A model generated the notes under the pieces. It had not been told where the DNA came from. It made no database searches and worked only from the letters and a program-made list of their open reading frames with translations. A stretch of DNA of 64,000 nucleotides from Telmatospirillum sp. (lineage in GTDB: Bacteria > Pseudomonadota > Alphaproteobacteria > CACIAM-22H2): NCBI GenBank assembly GCA_020248985.1, contig JADCGL010000013.1, positions 144,654-208,653 of the forward strand, read 5' to 3'. A program made the position numbers and the translations under genes. Of this stretch, positions 1 through 9,127 are shown one piece after another. The stretch's first letter is position 1. Each line of letters opens with the position of its first letter.

Positions 1-1485
1 GATGCGCCGCTGCTGCACAACGATGCGGCACTGGTCGTCGTCGACGGCCGCGTTTCCGCGATCCTGTCGCAGGCCGAAGCCCGCATCCGCTATCCGTCCG
101 CGCGGCGTGAGGGCGGCAAGGGGCGTGTGGCGATCCCCGGCCTTGTGAATGCGCACCATCATGTCGGCACCACGCCGCTGCAACTCGGCTCGCCCGACCA
201 TCCGCTCGAGCTGTGGTTCGCGAGCCGCTTGGCGCTGCGCGACGTCGATCCGCGCCTCGACACGTTGTACGCGGCCTTCGAGATGATCGAGAGCGGGGTG
301 ACGACTGTGCAGCATCTGCACAGCCGCGCCCCCGGCACGCCCGAACAGATCGTCGTGACGGGCAAGCAGGTGCTCGATGCGTATCGCGCGATCGGCATGC
401 GCGCCTCGTATTCGATGGCGCTGCGCGACCAGAACCGCCTCGTCTACGAAGACGACGCGCTGTTCGTCGAGCGTCTGCCCGACGCGCTGAAGGCGCCCAT
501 GCGCGTCTATTTCGAACGCTTCACGCTGCCATTGCCCGAACAGCGCGCGGTGTTCGAGGCACTGCTTGCCGCCGTTGCGGGCGAGCGACGCCTGGCGGTG
601 CAGGTCGCACCCGCGAATCTGCACTGGCTGTCGGACGCCGCCCTTGGACTCGCAGGCGAGCTTTCGACGCGTCACGACTTGCCGATGCACATGCATCTGC
701 TCGAAACGCCCTACCAGAAAGCCTATGCCGCCAAACGCACCGGCGGCTCGGCGCTTGCGCATATCGACCGCTTCGGCCTGTTGGGGCGGCGCCTCACCAT
801 CGGCCACGGCGTGTGGATGACCGAGAGCGACATCGAGCTCTGTGCGCAACGCGGCACGCATATTTGCCACAATTGCAGCTCGAATTTCCGACTCAAGAGC
901 GGTATCGCACCAGTCAACCGTTTCCTCGCACGCGGCATCCCGGTCGCGCTCGGCATGGACGAGGCCGGCATCAACGACGACCGCGACATGCTGCAGGAGA
1001 TGCGTATGGCGCTGCGCGTGCATCGCGAGCCCGGCATCGAGGCACCCCATCCCACACCGGCCCAGATCCTGCGCATGGCGACCGAACGCGGGGCCGACAC
1101 CACGCCGTTTGCCGGCCGCATCGGCCGCCTGTCGGCGGGCCACGACGCCGACGTCGTGCTCTTCGATTGGGACGCCGTCACCTATCCTTACCAGAGCTCG
1201 GATATTCCGCCTGTTGACGTGCTCGTTCAGCGCGCCAAGTCGGCCGCGGTGAAAACGGTTTTTGTTGCAGGCGACGCCGTGTATCGCGAGGGGCGCTTCG
1301 TGCACGTCGACAAACAGGCCGTTTTGGCCGAGATCGCCGCGCGCTTCGCGCTCCCCTTGACCGAGGCCGAAAAAGAGCGTCGCCAGTTGGCGCGAGACGT
1401 GTTCCCGCATGTGCGCCGATTCTACGACGGCTATCTCGACGGGATGGGCGACGAACCCTTCTACCGGCCGAGCGGGCGCTACTAG
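1..1485 (+). CDS. amidohydrolase family protein (chlorohydrolase/8-oxoguanine-deaminase-like), 5' end outside window
   Basis: Frame 1 is open from nt 1 (DAPLLHNDAALVVVDGRVS...). Metal-binding GLVNAHHH motif, later HMHLLET and GHGVWMT, typical of TRZ/ATZ-type amidohydrolases. Track ORF 127..1485 is the same frame. Confidence 0.8.
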   Translation, partial: DAPLLHNDAALVVVDGRVSAILSQAEARIRYPSARREGGKGRVAIPGLVNAHHHVGTTPLQLGSPDHPLELWFASRLALRDVDPRLDTLYAAFEMIESGVTTVQHLHSRAPGTPEQIVVTGKQVLDAYRAIGMRASYSMALRDQNRLVYEDDALFVERLPDALKAPMRVYFERFTLPLPEQRAVFEALLAAVAGERRLAVQVAPANLHWLSDAALGLAGELSTRHDLPMHMHLLETPYQKAYAAKRTGGSALAHIDRFGLLGRRLTIGHGVWMTESDIELCAQRGTHICHNCSSNFRLKSGIAPVNRFLARGIPVALGMDEAGINDDRDMLQEMRMALRVHREPGIEAPHPTPAQILRMATERGADTTPFAGRIGRLSAGHDADVVLFDWDAVTYPYQSSDIPPVDVLVQRAKSAAVKTVFVAGDAVYREGRFVHVDKQAVLAEIAARFALPLTEAEKERRQLARDVFPHVRRFYDGYLDGMGDEPFYRPSGRY

Positions 1486-1498
1486 GCGTTTGCGTCGT

Positions 1499-2233
1499 TC
1501 AAGAGCGCCCGCCGTCCACCGACAGGATCTGGCCGCTGATCCACCCGGCCTGTTCGCTTGCCAGGAACAGGACCGCATTGGCGATGTCCTGGGCCGTGCC
1601 CAACCGCCGTGTGTGGATGCTTTCGACGAGCTGAGCCTGTTTGCCGGGCGAATAGGTCAGCCATTGCCGTTCGGTCGTCGGATTCGAGCGCACGAAACCG
1701 GGGGCGACCGAATTGCAGGTGATGCCGAACGGACCCAGATCCTGGCTCAGCTGTTTGGTGAGCCCGACGAGTGCATGTTTGGCGGCCGTGTAGGCCTGGA
1801 TGCCGGTGAGGCTTGGGCGCAGGCCCGCACCGGACGAGATCGTCACGATGCGTCCGTAGCCTGCTTTGCGCATCGGCGTGCTTGCCGCTTGCCCAAGCCA
1901 GAAGGCGCTGTCGACGTTCGCTGCGAAGATCGCGCGCCAGGAAGCTTCGTCGACGTTCTCGATGGGCCCGCCGACCTGGCCGCGCACGCCGCCTGCGGCA
2001 TTGACCAGAATATCCAACGCACCGACATCTGCGATCAGCCGCTGCACGGCAGCGCGCTCGCCGAGATCGACTTGATGCGTGACGTAGACGCCGTCCGCGT
2101 TCCACGCGATCGGTGCGATGTCGGCGAGATGCACCTTTGCACCTGCCGCCAGCAGGGACTCCGCGATAGCGCGGCCGATCCCCTGGGCAGCACCCGTCAC
2201 GAGGGCCGTACGGCCTGCAAAATCTAGGCGCAT
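1499..2233 (-). CDS. SDR family oxidoreductase
   Basis: Internal start MRLDFAGRTALVTGAAQGIGRAIA (Rossmann TGxxxGIG) within track ORF 1499..2515. The 282-nt upstream extension is low-complexity Arg-rich. 244 aa is typical SDR length. Confidence 0.8.
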   Translation of the reverse strand: MRLDFAGRTALVTGAAQGIGRAIAESLLAAGAKVHLADIAPIAWNADGVYVTHQVDLGERAAVQRLIADVGALDILVNAAGGVRGQVGGPIENVDEASWRAIFAANVDSAFWLGQAASTPMRKAGYGRIVTISSGAGLRPSLTGIQAYTAAKHALVGLTKQLSQDLGPFGITCNSVAPGFVRSNPTTERQWLTYSPGKQAQLVESIHTRRLGTAQDIANAVLFLASEQAGWISGQILSVDGGRS

Positions 2234-3246
2234 TTGTCGAGCAGCGCTTGGAAGGTTTCGAAGGCCATTGGGCGCTTCCCGTCTTCGATGTCGTGGATCA
2301 GGGCGACAAGCGTTGCGAGTGCCGGCGTCGGCACGCCAGCCTCGCGCGCGAGTTCGACGATGATGCCGATCTGCGGATCGATCTCGGTCTTGCGCTTGCG
2401 CACCGCAAGATCGCGATAGATGCCGGTATGGGTCTTGGCCGTGTAGCGGTTGAATTCGGCAAGCGCCGCGACCGATGCCTGCGCTTTGACAAGCGGGGCC
2501 TCTGGCATGAAACATTCGGGGTCGAAGCCGTTGAAGCCGATCGGCACGATTTTGCGCGCGCGTGCCGCCGCCATCACTTCACGGCCCAGCGCAACGAACG
2601 CAGCGGTGCGCCGCGGATCTTCGAAATTGGCCGTCATGCTGTCGGTCGTGAGGGCGGTCGCAAACAGCATGGCGCCGTAGGCAAGTTTGCCCCACAGATA
2701 GCCCCAGATATTGTCGGTTAGCACGGCTTTGGGTTCGAAGATCTTCAGCAGCTCGAACATCTCGCGTGTGCGCGGCTGGATCGTGCCGTCGATCTCGCCG
2801 ACCACGACAGCCGCGCGGTTGCCGAATAGGATCTCGCCGGGCCCGTGCCAATCCGCACCGAAGTTCACGAAGCAGCCCATCGTGCGTGCGGCACCTGCGT
2901 GCTTGGCGATCGCGATTTCATTGAGCCCGTTCTGTGCCGACAGGATGAAGCCGTCGGGTGCGAGGTGCGGCAGCAGCTGGGCGAGGGCGGCTTCGGTCGC
3001 CTGCGCCTTCACTGCCAGCACGATGCGCGAATAGGTGCCGGTCAGTTCGGCAGGCGTCGCGGCCGGCACGAACTGCGTGAATTCCTCGACGGGGCCGAAA
3101 ACGTGCAAGCCCCGCGTGCGGCACGCCTCGACATGGGCGGCCTCGATATCGACGAGTTTGACCGGCACGCCTGCGCGCGCCCAATAGGCGCCGAGCGTGC
3201 CACCGATGGCACCCGCACCCCAGATCAGGATCGGTTCGCTGCTCAT
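2224..3246 (-). CDS. panE: 2-dehydropantoate 2-reductase (ketopantoate reductase)
   Basis: C-terminal 340 aa of track ORF 2224..4257 begins MSSEPILIWGAGAIGGTLGAYWARAG (ApbA/PanE N-terminal NAD fold). Upstream part of that ORF is Arg-rich junk. 4-nt overlap with the upstream gene. Confidence 0.75.
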   Translation of the reverse strand: MSSEPILIWGAGAIGGTLGAYWARAGVPVKLVDIEAAHVEACRTRGLHVFGPVEEFTQFVPAATPAELTGTYSRIVLAVKAQATEAALAQLLPHLAPDGFILSAQNGLNEIAIAKHAGAARTMGCFVNFGADWHGPGEILFGNRAAVVVGEIDGTIQPRTREMFELLKIFEPKAVLTDNIWGYLWGKLAYGAMLFATALTTDSMTANFEDPRRTAAFVALGREVMAAARARKIVPIGFNGFDPECFMPEAPLVKAQASVAALAEFNRYTAKTHTGIYRDLAVRKRKTEIDPQIGIIVELAREAGVPTPALATLVALIHDIEDGKRPMAFETFQALLDKCA

Positions 3247-4202
3247 GCCATGGCTCCCAAATGGTGCTCTTCGAGATGGGTTGCGACGGTCATCTTGCCG
3301 TCCGCACCGATCCAGCCGCGATACATGCCGAGCGTGTTGAAGGGGGCCCGCACCTTGCCGCTGGCGTCGATCGAAGCGAACCCGGCGCCGATGCCGTAGC
3401 CTTTCAGCGTCTGGAACACGAGCGCGTCGGTCGCTTCTTCGAGCGAGTTGCCGGCATACATCATGCGCGCGGCAATGTCGTAGGCGGCCGAGCTGCGGAT
3501 GAAAAACTCGCCTTGGCCCGTGCCCGAAACGGCGCACACGCCGTTGCGCGCGTAGGTACCCGCACCCACGATGGGCGTGTCGCCAATGCGGCCGACCGGC
3601 TTGTTGTTGAAGCCGCCGGTCGAAGTGCCCGCGGCAAGATTGCCGTGGGCGTCGAGGGCGACGGCACCGACCGTGCCGTGCTTTTCGGCTTCGCTCGCGG
3701 CGGCGAGCGTGCCGCGCTCGGCGCGTTGCTTGAGCGAGGCGAGCGCATCCACACGCTGCTGCGTCGTGAAATAGCTGTTCGCGACCATGGCGAGGCCCTG
3801 GCGTTCGGCAAACGCGTCGGCGGCTTCGGCGGCCAACAGCACGCAGCTCGATTTTTCCATGACGGCGCGTGCGGCCGTGATCGGATTGCGGATGCGGCGT
3901 GCCGCACACACGGCGCCCGCGGAAAGATCGGCCCCGTTCATGATCGAGGCGTCGAGTTCGTGGAAGCTCGCCTCGTTGAGTGCGGCCCCGTAGCCCGCGT
4001 TGAAATGCGCGCTGTCTTCCATCACGCGCACGGCAGCTTCGACCGCATCGAGGGCGCCGCCGCCTGCTTTCAGCACACGCCAGCCGGCGGTGAGCGACTG
4101 CGCCAAATGGTCGCGCGATTCGGCCCATTGCGCCTCGCTCTGCAGGCTGCGGTCGAGTGTGCCGCAGCCGCCATGGATGCAAATGCCGATGGGGCCGGTC
4201 AT
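3243..4202 (-). CDS. iaaA: isoaspartyl peptidase / L-asparaginase (Ntn-hydrolase)
   Basis: Full-length similarity to plant-type asparaginase/IaaA: GTVGAVALD autoproteolysis motif, GAGTYA, 319 aa. Confidence 0.8.
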   Translation of the reverse strand: MTGPIGICIHGGCGTLDRSLQSEAQWAESRDHLAQSLTAGWRVLKAGGGALDAVEAAVRVMEDSAHFNAGYGAALNEASFHELDASIMNGADLSAGAVCAARRIRNPITAARAVMEKSSCVLLAAEAADAFAERQGLAMVANSYFTTQQRVDALASLKQRAERGTLAAASEAEKHGTVGAVALDAHGNLAAGTSTGGFNNKPVGRIGDTPIVGAGTYARNGVCAVSGTGQGEFFIRSSAAYDIAARMMYAGNSLEEATDALVFQTLKGYGIGAGFASIDASGKVRAPFNTLGMYRGWIGADGKMTVATHLEEHHLGAMA

Positions 4203-4237
4203 CGCGTATTCCTTTTGGTTCGGGTGTCGTCCGGGAG

Positions 4238-4274
4238 CCGAAAAGCCGGGCCCGCAAGCTTGCGCGGACCCGGC
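4238..4274 (-). terminator. putative rho-independent terminator after SBP gene
   Basis: On the minus strand: GC-rich hairpin (GCCGGGUCCGCGCAAGCUUGCGGGCCCGGC) followed by UUUUCGG, 20 nt after the SBP stop. Confidence 0.4.
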
Positions 4275-4294
4275 CGTTTCGTCGTTCGGACCGT

Positions 4295-5893
4295 CTAGCG
4301 GGTCGGCTTGATGTTCATCGCGAGCGTGTCTTCGTCCACACGCGGCTTGATGCGCACCTTGTCCTTCTGCATGGCCCAGGCCGAGCCGACCGCGACGATC
4401 GGCAGACGCGGGCGGTCCGTCAGCACGAGCGCGTTGGCCTGCTCGAGCAGCGACCGGCGCTTGCCTTCGTCGAGTTCGACGGCGGCGTCCTGCAGCAACT
4501 TGTCCATGACCGGGTTCTTGTAGCCGAGCACGTTGAACGCCCCCATCTTGGCCACGGGGTCGTTCGAATGCGCGATCGAGGACAGCGTGTAGTGCGCCTC
4601 GCCCGTCAGCGTGCCCCAGCCCGACATCGACATCGAGTATTCGCCGCGCGTGCGCGCGGGGAAGAACACGGCCGCGGGCGTTGCCGCCGCCGTCACGTCG
4701 ATGCCGACGGACGCCAGCATCTGCGCGATCGAGGTGCCGACAAGCGAGTCGCCGGGCAGACGGTCTTGTGTGAAGGCAAAGCGCACGCGGAAACCGTTCG
4801 GGTAGCCGGCTTCGGCCAACAGACGGCGTGCGCCAGCCACGTCGTAGCGGCGCGGCGGCAGGCTCTTGTTGTAGCCGAAGATCGACTCCGTCACGAGCTG
4901 GTTCACGGGCTTGCCGAGGCCTTCCATCGACACTTCGGCGAGCACGTTGCGGTCGATCGCAAGATCGATCGCTTCGCGCACGCGCGGATCGGCGAGCGGA
5001 TTCTTCGGCAGCACCGAACCGTCCTTGGCCAGGATCTGGCCAGCGGGCGGGTTGTCGCGCATGTCGAGTTCGACGTTGAACACATAGACCGTGTCGACCG
5101 TTGAGACTTCGATCTTGGAATCGCGCTTGAGAGCGGCGACGTCGGTTGCGGGTACACGCGTGATCAGATCGAGCTGGCCCGCCTTAAGCTGGGCCACGCG
5201 TGCGGCGTCGTTGGGCACTTCGCGGCGCACATGGCGTGCCCACGGTTCCTTGGGACCCCAGAATCCGTCGAAACGATCCAGCACGAGGTCGCCCTTGGGC
5301 TGCCACGACACGAATTTGTAGGGGCCTGTGCCGATCGCGGCTTTGCCGGAGTTGAAGGCTTCGTTGGCCGTTTCCTTGGTGAGGCCGGCGGCGGCCTTAT
5401 GCGACACGATGAAGAGGCGGATGAAGTCGTTCGGCAGGATGGGTGCAGGACCGTCGGTGATGAAATGCACCGTGTACGGATCGACGATCTTGGTTTCCTT
5501 CACGCGGCGCACATAGATCGTGGTCGGGTTCGGGCCCGACACGACCGGGATGCGCTCGACCGAGAACTTGACGTCTTCGGCCGTGAAGTCCGAGCCGTCG
5601 TGGAACTTGACGCCGCGGCGCAGTTTAAACTCCCACGTCGTCGGATCGACCACCCGCCAGCTTTCCGCCAGACGCGGCTCGATCTCGAGACCGTCGCCCG
5701 ACCAGGTCAGCGTGTCGAACACGTGCTTCAGCGATTCGGCATGCGTGCCGCTCGCCGTGAAGTGCGGGTCGATCGAATCAGGTCCGCCGCGGACGCCGAT
5801 CGTCAGCGTCTGCGCCGAGACGGCGCCGGCCAGTGCGGCGGCCATCAGCCCGCCGAGGACCGATGCCCTTGTCCATTTCGCGATGTGCTTCAT
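4295..5893 (-). CDS. ABC transporter substrate-binding protein, family 5 (DppA/GsiB-like)
   Basis: Start at MKHIAKWTRASVLGGLMAAALAGAVSAQ (signal peptide), RBS GGAGAG upstream. Family-5 SBP signature throughout; 532 aa. Confidence 0.85.
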   Translation of the reverse strand: MKHIAKWTRASVLGGLMAAALAGAVSAQTLTIGVRGGPDSIDPHFTASGTHAESLKHVFDTLTWSGDGLEIEPRLAESWRVVDPTTWEFKLRRGVKFHDGSDFTAEDVKFSVERIPVVSGPNPTTIYVRRVKETKIVDPYTVHFITDGPAPILPNDFIRLFIVSHKAAAGLTKETANEAFNSGKAAIGTGPYKFVSWQPKGDLVLDRFDGFWGPKEPWARHVRREVPNDAARVAQLKAGQLDLITRVPATDVAALKRDSKIEVSTVDTVYVFNVELDMRDNPPAGQILAKDGSVLPKNPLADPRVREAIDLAIDRNVLAEVSMEGLGKPVNQLVTESIFGYNKSLPPRRYDVAGARRLLAEAGYPNGFRVRFAFTQDRLPGDSLVGTSIAQMLASVGIDVTAAATPAAVFFPARTRGEYSMSMSGWGTLTGEAHYTLSSIAHSNDPVAKMGAFNVLGYKNPVMDKLLQDAAVELDEGKRRSLLEQANALVLTDRPRLPIVAVGSAWAMQKDKVRIKPRVDEDTLAMNIKPTR

Positions 5894-5894
5894 G

Positions 5895-6452
5895 TCACGC
5901 TCTCCCTTGGATTTGAGTAGGCCAGTTGCCCTTGTCGACGAAGATCTTGTCGAAAAGAGCCGAAAGAAGTTTGCGCTCGGCCAGCGACAAAGCGCGCGCC
6001 ATTGCACTCTCGTGCGCGACCAGCATGGGCACCGTCTTTTCAACGATGCGCCGACCGCGTGCGGTGAGATTGAGGAACAGGCGGCGGCGATCCTTGGCGT
6101 CGGGCGTGCGTACAATAAGTTTCTTGCGCAGGAGCGCGTTGACGCCGCGGCTCAGCGTGTTTTTGGGGCGAGCCGTCGAGGCGACGATGTCGTCGGCCGT
6201 GATGCCGTCCTTGAGGTTCAGCGCGTAGAGCACGATGTGCTCGGGTGCCGTGAGGCGGAATTCGCGCCAGATCCAGTCGTAGACGGGCTGGTTGAAATGG
6301 TGCGCCACGAAATTGGCGCGAAAGGAGAGCCAGCACGGATTGGCCCAGAGCTTGGCAGCCAGCATCGGATGCAGGCCCTGCCCGAGTTTCCCTGGGGCTT
6401 TGGCCTTTTCTTTGGGCGCCGGTTTCGCGTCTCTCGACCTGGCTTTTTGCAC
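5895..6452 (-). CDS. MarR family transcriptional regulator
   Basis: Winged-helix MarR pattern (DGITADDIVASTARPKNTLSRGVNALLRKKLIVR). The Lys-rich N-terminal 29 aa may be an over-extension; alternative start M30 at 6365. Confidence 0.7.
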   Translation of the reverse strand: MQKARSRDAKPAPKEKAKAPGKLGQGLHPMLAAKLWANPCWLSFRANFVAHHFNQPVYDWIWREFRLTAPEHIVLYALNLKDGITADDIVASTARPKNTLSRGVNALLRKKLIVRTPDAKDRRRLFLNLTARGRRIVEKTVPMLVAHESAMARALSLAERKLLSALFDKIFVDKGNWPTQIQGRA

Positions 6453-6480
6453 AAAGGCTCCGCTCTCGGTGTCGAAGGAC

Positions 6481-6509
6481 CTTGACGCATCTCGCGCGCG
6501 GCCGTCAAG
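6481..6509. promoter_or_regulatory. inverted repeat CTTGACG-N15-CGTCAAG (candidate MarR operator)
   Basis: Perfect 7-bp arms in the MarR/creatininase divergent intergenic region, ending immediately before ATG 6510. Confidence 0.35.
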
Positions 6510-7253
6510 ATGCAGTTCTATATGGAACTAACTTTCCCGGAGACGGAAACCATGCGCGTCGTGGACATGAACTGGATGCAGCTGCGCGACCGCGCGGCCG
6601 CCGACGACCGGGCCGTGCTGCCCATCGGTTCGATCGAGCAGCACGCGTATTTGAGCCTCGGTGTCGACGCGATCCTTGCCGAGCGCGTGGCGACGGAGGC
6701 GGCAGCCCCGCTCGGCATTCCGGTCTATCCCACGCTAAGTTACGGACTTACGCCGAATTTCGTCGATTATCCGGGCACGGTTACGCTGCGCCTCACGACG
6801 CTGATCGCCGTGCTGACGGACGTGCTCGACGGCATTGCGCGGGCGGGCTTCAAGCGCATCGCGATCGTCAACGGCCATGGCGGCAACAATCCCGCGCACG
6901 GCGCCGTACTCGAATGGCTCGACCGCCATCGCGGCTGCCAAGTGAAGTGGCACAATTGGTGGAATGCGCCCAAGACTTGGGCAAAGGTCCAGGAGATCGA
7001 CAAGGCCGCCTCGCACGCCTCCTGGATGGAAAATTTCCCGTGGACGCGCATCGGCAATGTTGCGATGCCCGATACCCAGAAGCCGATGGTTGATCTGCAG
7101 CTGCTGCCGCAGCTCGATCCCGGCCGCAAGAAGGAGGTTCTGGGCGACGGCAATTTCGGCGGCTTTTACCGCCGCAGCGACGAGGAGATGACGGCATTGT
7201 GGGAAATCGGCGTCGAAGAAACGCGTACGGCCTTGCTCGAGGGCTGGGCATGA
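6510..7253 (+). CDS. creatininase (creatinine amidohydrolase) family protein
   Basis: Creatininase-family motifs (LPIGSIEQHAYLSLGVD, IVNGHGGN). Alternative start MRVVDMNW at 6552. Confidence 0.75.
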   Translation: MQFYMELTFPETETMRVVDMNWMQLRDRAAADDRAVLPIGSIEQHAYLSLGVDAILAERVATEAAAPLGIPVYPTLSYGLTPNFVDYPGTVTLRLTTLIAVLTDVLDGIARAGFKRIAIVNGHGGNNPAHGAVLEWLDRHRGCQVKWHNWWNAPKTWAKVQEIDKAASHASWMENFPWTRIGNVAMPDTQKPMVDLQLLPQLDPGRKKEVLGDGNFGGFYRRSDEEMTALWEIGVEETRTALLEGWA

Positions 7254-7277
7254 ACGCGGGGCAAGGCTGACCGGGCG

Positions 7278-8252
7278 ATGCTCGGCTTCGTCCTCCAACG
7301 TCTGCTGCAAGCGCTGGTCGTTATGCTGGCGATCTCGGCGCTCGTGTTTGCGGGGGTGTACGGTATCGGCAACCCCATCGACGTGCTTATCTCGCCGGAT
7401 GCCACGCAAGCGATTCGGCTTGCGACGATCGCGGCCTATGGGCTCGACCAGCCGCTCCATATTCAGTATCGCGACTTTCTGCTGCGCCTGCTGGCCGGCG
7501 ACTTCGGCCGCTCGTTCGTGTTCAATATGCCGGTGCTCGATTTGATCCTGTCGCGGCTGCCGGCCACGTTGGAACTTACGCTTGTGGCCGTGCTCGGTGC
7601 GACCGCGATCGGCGTGCCGCTCGGTATGTATGCGGGCTACCGGCCGGACAGCATTGCTGCACGCCTCGTGATGGCGCTGTCGGTGATCGGCTTCTCTGTG
7701 CCGACCTTCTGGATCGGGCTCGTGCTGATTTTGACCTTCGCCGTGTCGCTGGGCTGGCTGCCGGCGGGCGGGCGCGGCGAAACGGCGATGCTGTTCGGCA
7801 CGGCGTGGAGCTTTCTTACGCTCGATGGCTGGAGCCATCTCTTGCTGCCGGCCGTCAATCTGTCGCTGTTCAAATTCGCGATGATGGTCCGCTTGGCGCG
7901 CGCAGGTACGCGCGAAGCGATGCTGAGCGACACGGTAAAGTTCGCGCGTGCGGCCGGCGAGAGCGATGCGGTCATCCTGCGCCGCCACGTGCTGCGGCTG
8001 ATCGCGATCCCGATCGTTACCGTGTTCGGTCTCGAGTTCGGTTCCACGCTCGCGTTCGCTGTGGTGACCGAGACGATTTTTTCGTGGCCCGGCGTGGGCA
8101 AGCTCATCATCGACAGCATTTCCTCGCTCGACCGGCCCGTCATGGTGGCCTACCTGATGTTGGTCGCGTTCCTTTTCATCTGCATCAATTTCACGGTCGA
8201 TATCGCCTACGCCGCCCTCGATCCGCGCTTGCGCGTGAAGGGGGCTGCATGA
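7278..8252 (+). CDS. ABC transporter permease (DppB-like)
   Basis: N-terminal LQRLLQALVVMLAISALVF and EAA-loop region typical of DppB/OppB. Confidence 0.85.
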   Translation: MLGFVLQRLLQALVVMLAISALVFAGVYGIGNPIDVLISPDATQAIRLATIAAYGLDQPLHIQYRDFLLRLLAGDFGRSFVFNMPVLDLILSRLPATLELTLVAVLGATAIGVPLGMYAGYRPDSIAARLVMALSVIGFSVPTFWIGLVLILTFAVSLGWLPAGGRGETAMLFGTAWSFLTLDGWSHLLLPAVNLSLFKFAMMVRLARAGTREAMLSDTVKFARAAGESDAVILRRHVLRLIAIPIVTVFGLEFGSTLAFAVVTETIFSWPGVGKLIIDSISSLDRPVMVAYLMLVAFLFICINFTVDIAYAALDPRLRVKGAA

Positions 8253-9127
8253 ACGCGACGAGTCCTGTCGGCCGCTTCTGGCGCGAGTTCTGCGAGAACC
8301 GCGTAGCGCTCGCGGCCCTCGTCGTCGTTGCGGCGACGATCCTGCTCGCGATCCTCGCACCCTTCGTCGTGCCGCAGAACCCATACGATCTTGCGAGCCT
8401 TGCGCTGATCGATGCGCGGCGCCCGCCCGGCTATGTGGGGCGCAGCGGTTTTGTGCACTGGCTCGGTACGGATGCGCAAGGCCGCGATCTTCTCTCGGCG
8501 ATTCTCTATGGGCTGCGGATATCGCTGCAGGTCGGCCTTGCCGCCGGCGCGCTGGCCTTTGCGATCGGCGCCACGCTCGGTGCGGTCGCAGCCTTCGTGG
8601 GCGGGCGAGTCGAGACCGCACTCATGCGCTTCGTCGATCTGCAATTGTCGTTTCCGGCGATCTTGCTGGCCTTGGTACTCGTGGCCGTACTTGGGCCGGG
8701 CAGGGGCCAGTTGATCGCCGCCCTTGTCGCGGCCCAATACGCGTACTTCGCACGCACGGCGCATGGGGCCGCCGCCGCCGAGCGCGCTAAAGACTATGTG
8801 TCGGCCGCTTTGTCGACGCCGATCCCGGCGTGGCAAGTCGTGTTCCGCCATATTCTGCCGAACTGCCTGCCGCCGCTGATCGTCGTGGCCACATTGCAGG
8901 TCGCCAATTCGATCGCGCTTGAGGCCACCTTGTCGTTCCTGGGCCTCGGGCTGCCGGTTACCGAACCCTCGCTCGGTATGCTCATCGCCAACGGCTTCCA
9001 ATACATGCTCTCGGGCCGCTATTGGATTTCGATCTATCCCGGCGTAGCGCTCATTCTGCTGATTGTCGCGATCAATCTCGTCGGCGACCAAGTGCGCGAT
9101 CAGTTGAACCCGAGGCTCAAGCGATGA
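8249..9127 (+). CDS. ABC transporter permease (DppC-like)
   Basis: Start MNATSPVGRFWREF overlaps the upstream stop (ATGA). DppC/OppC topology. Confidence 0.85.
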   Translation: MNATSPVGRFWREFCENRVALAALVVVAATILLAILAPFVVPQNPYDLASLALIDARRPPGYVGRSGFVHWLGTDAQGRDLLSAILYGLRISLQVGLAAGALAFAIGATLGAVAAFVGGRVETALMRFVDLQLSFPAILLALVLVAVLGPGRGQLIAALVAAQYAYFARTAHGAAAAERAKDYVSAALSTPIPAWQVVFRHILPNCLPPLIVVATLQVANSIALEATLSFLGLGLPVTEPSLGMLIANGFQYMLSGRYWISIYPGVALILLIVAINLVGDQVRDQLNPRLKR

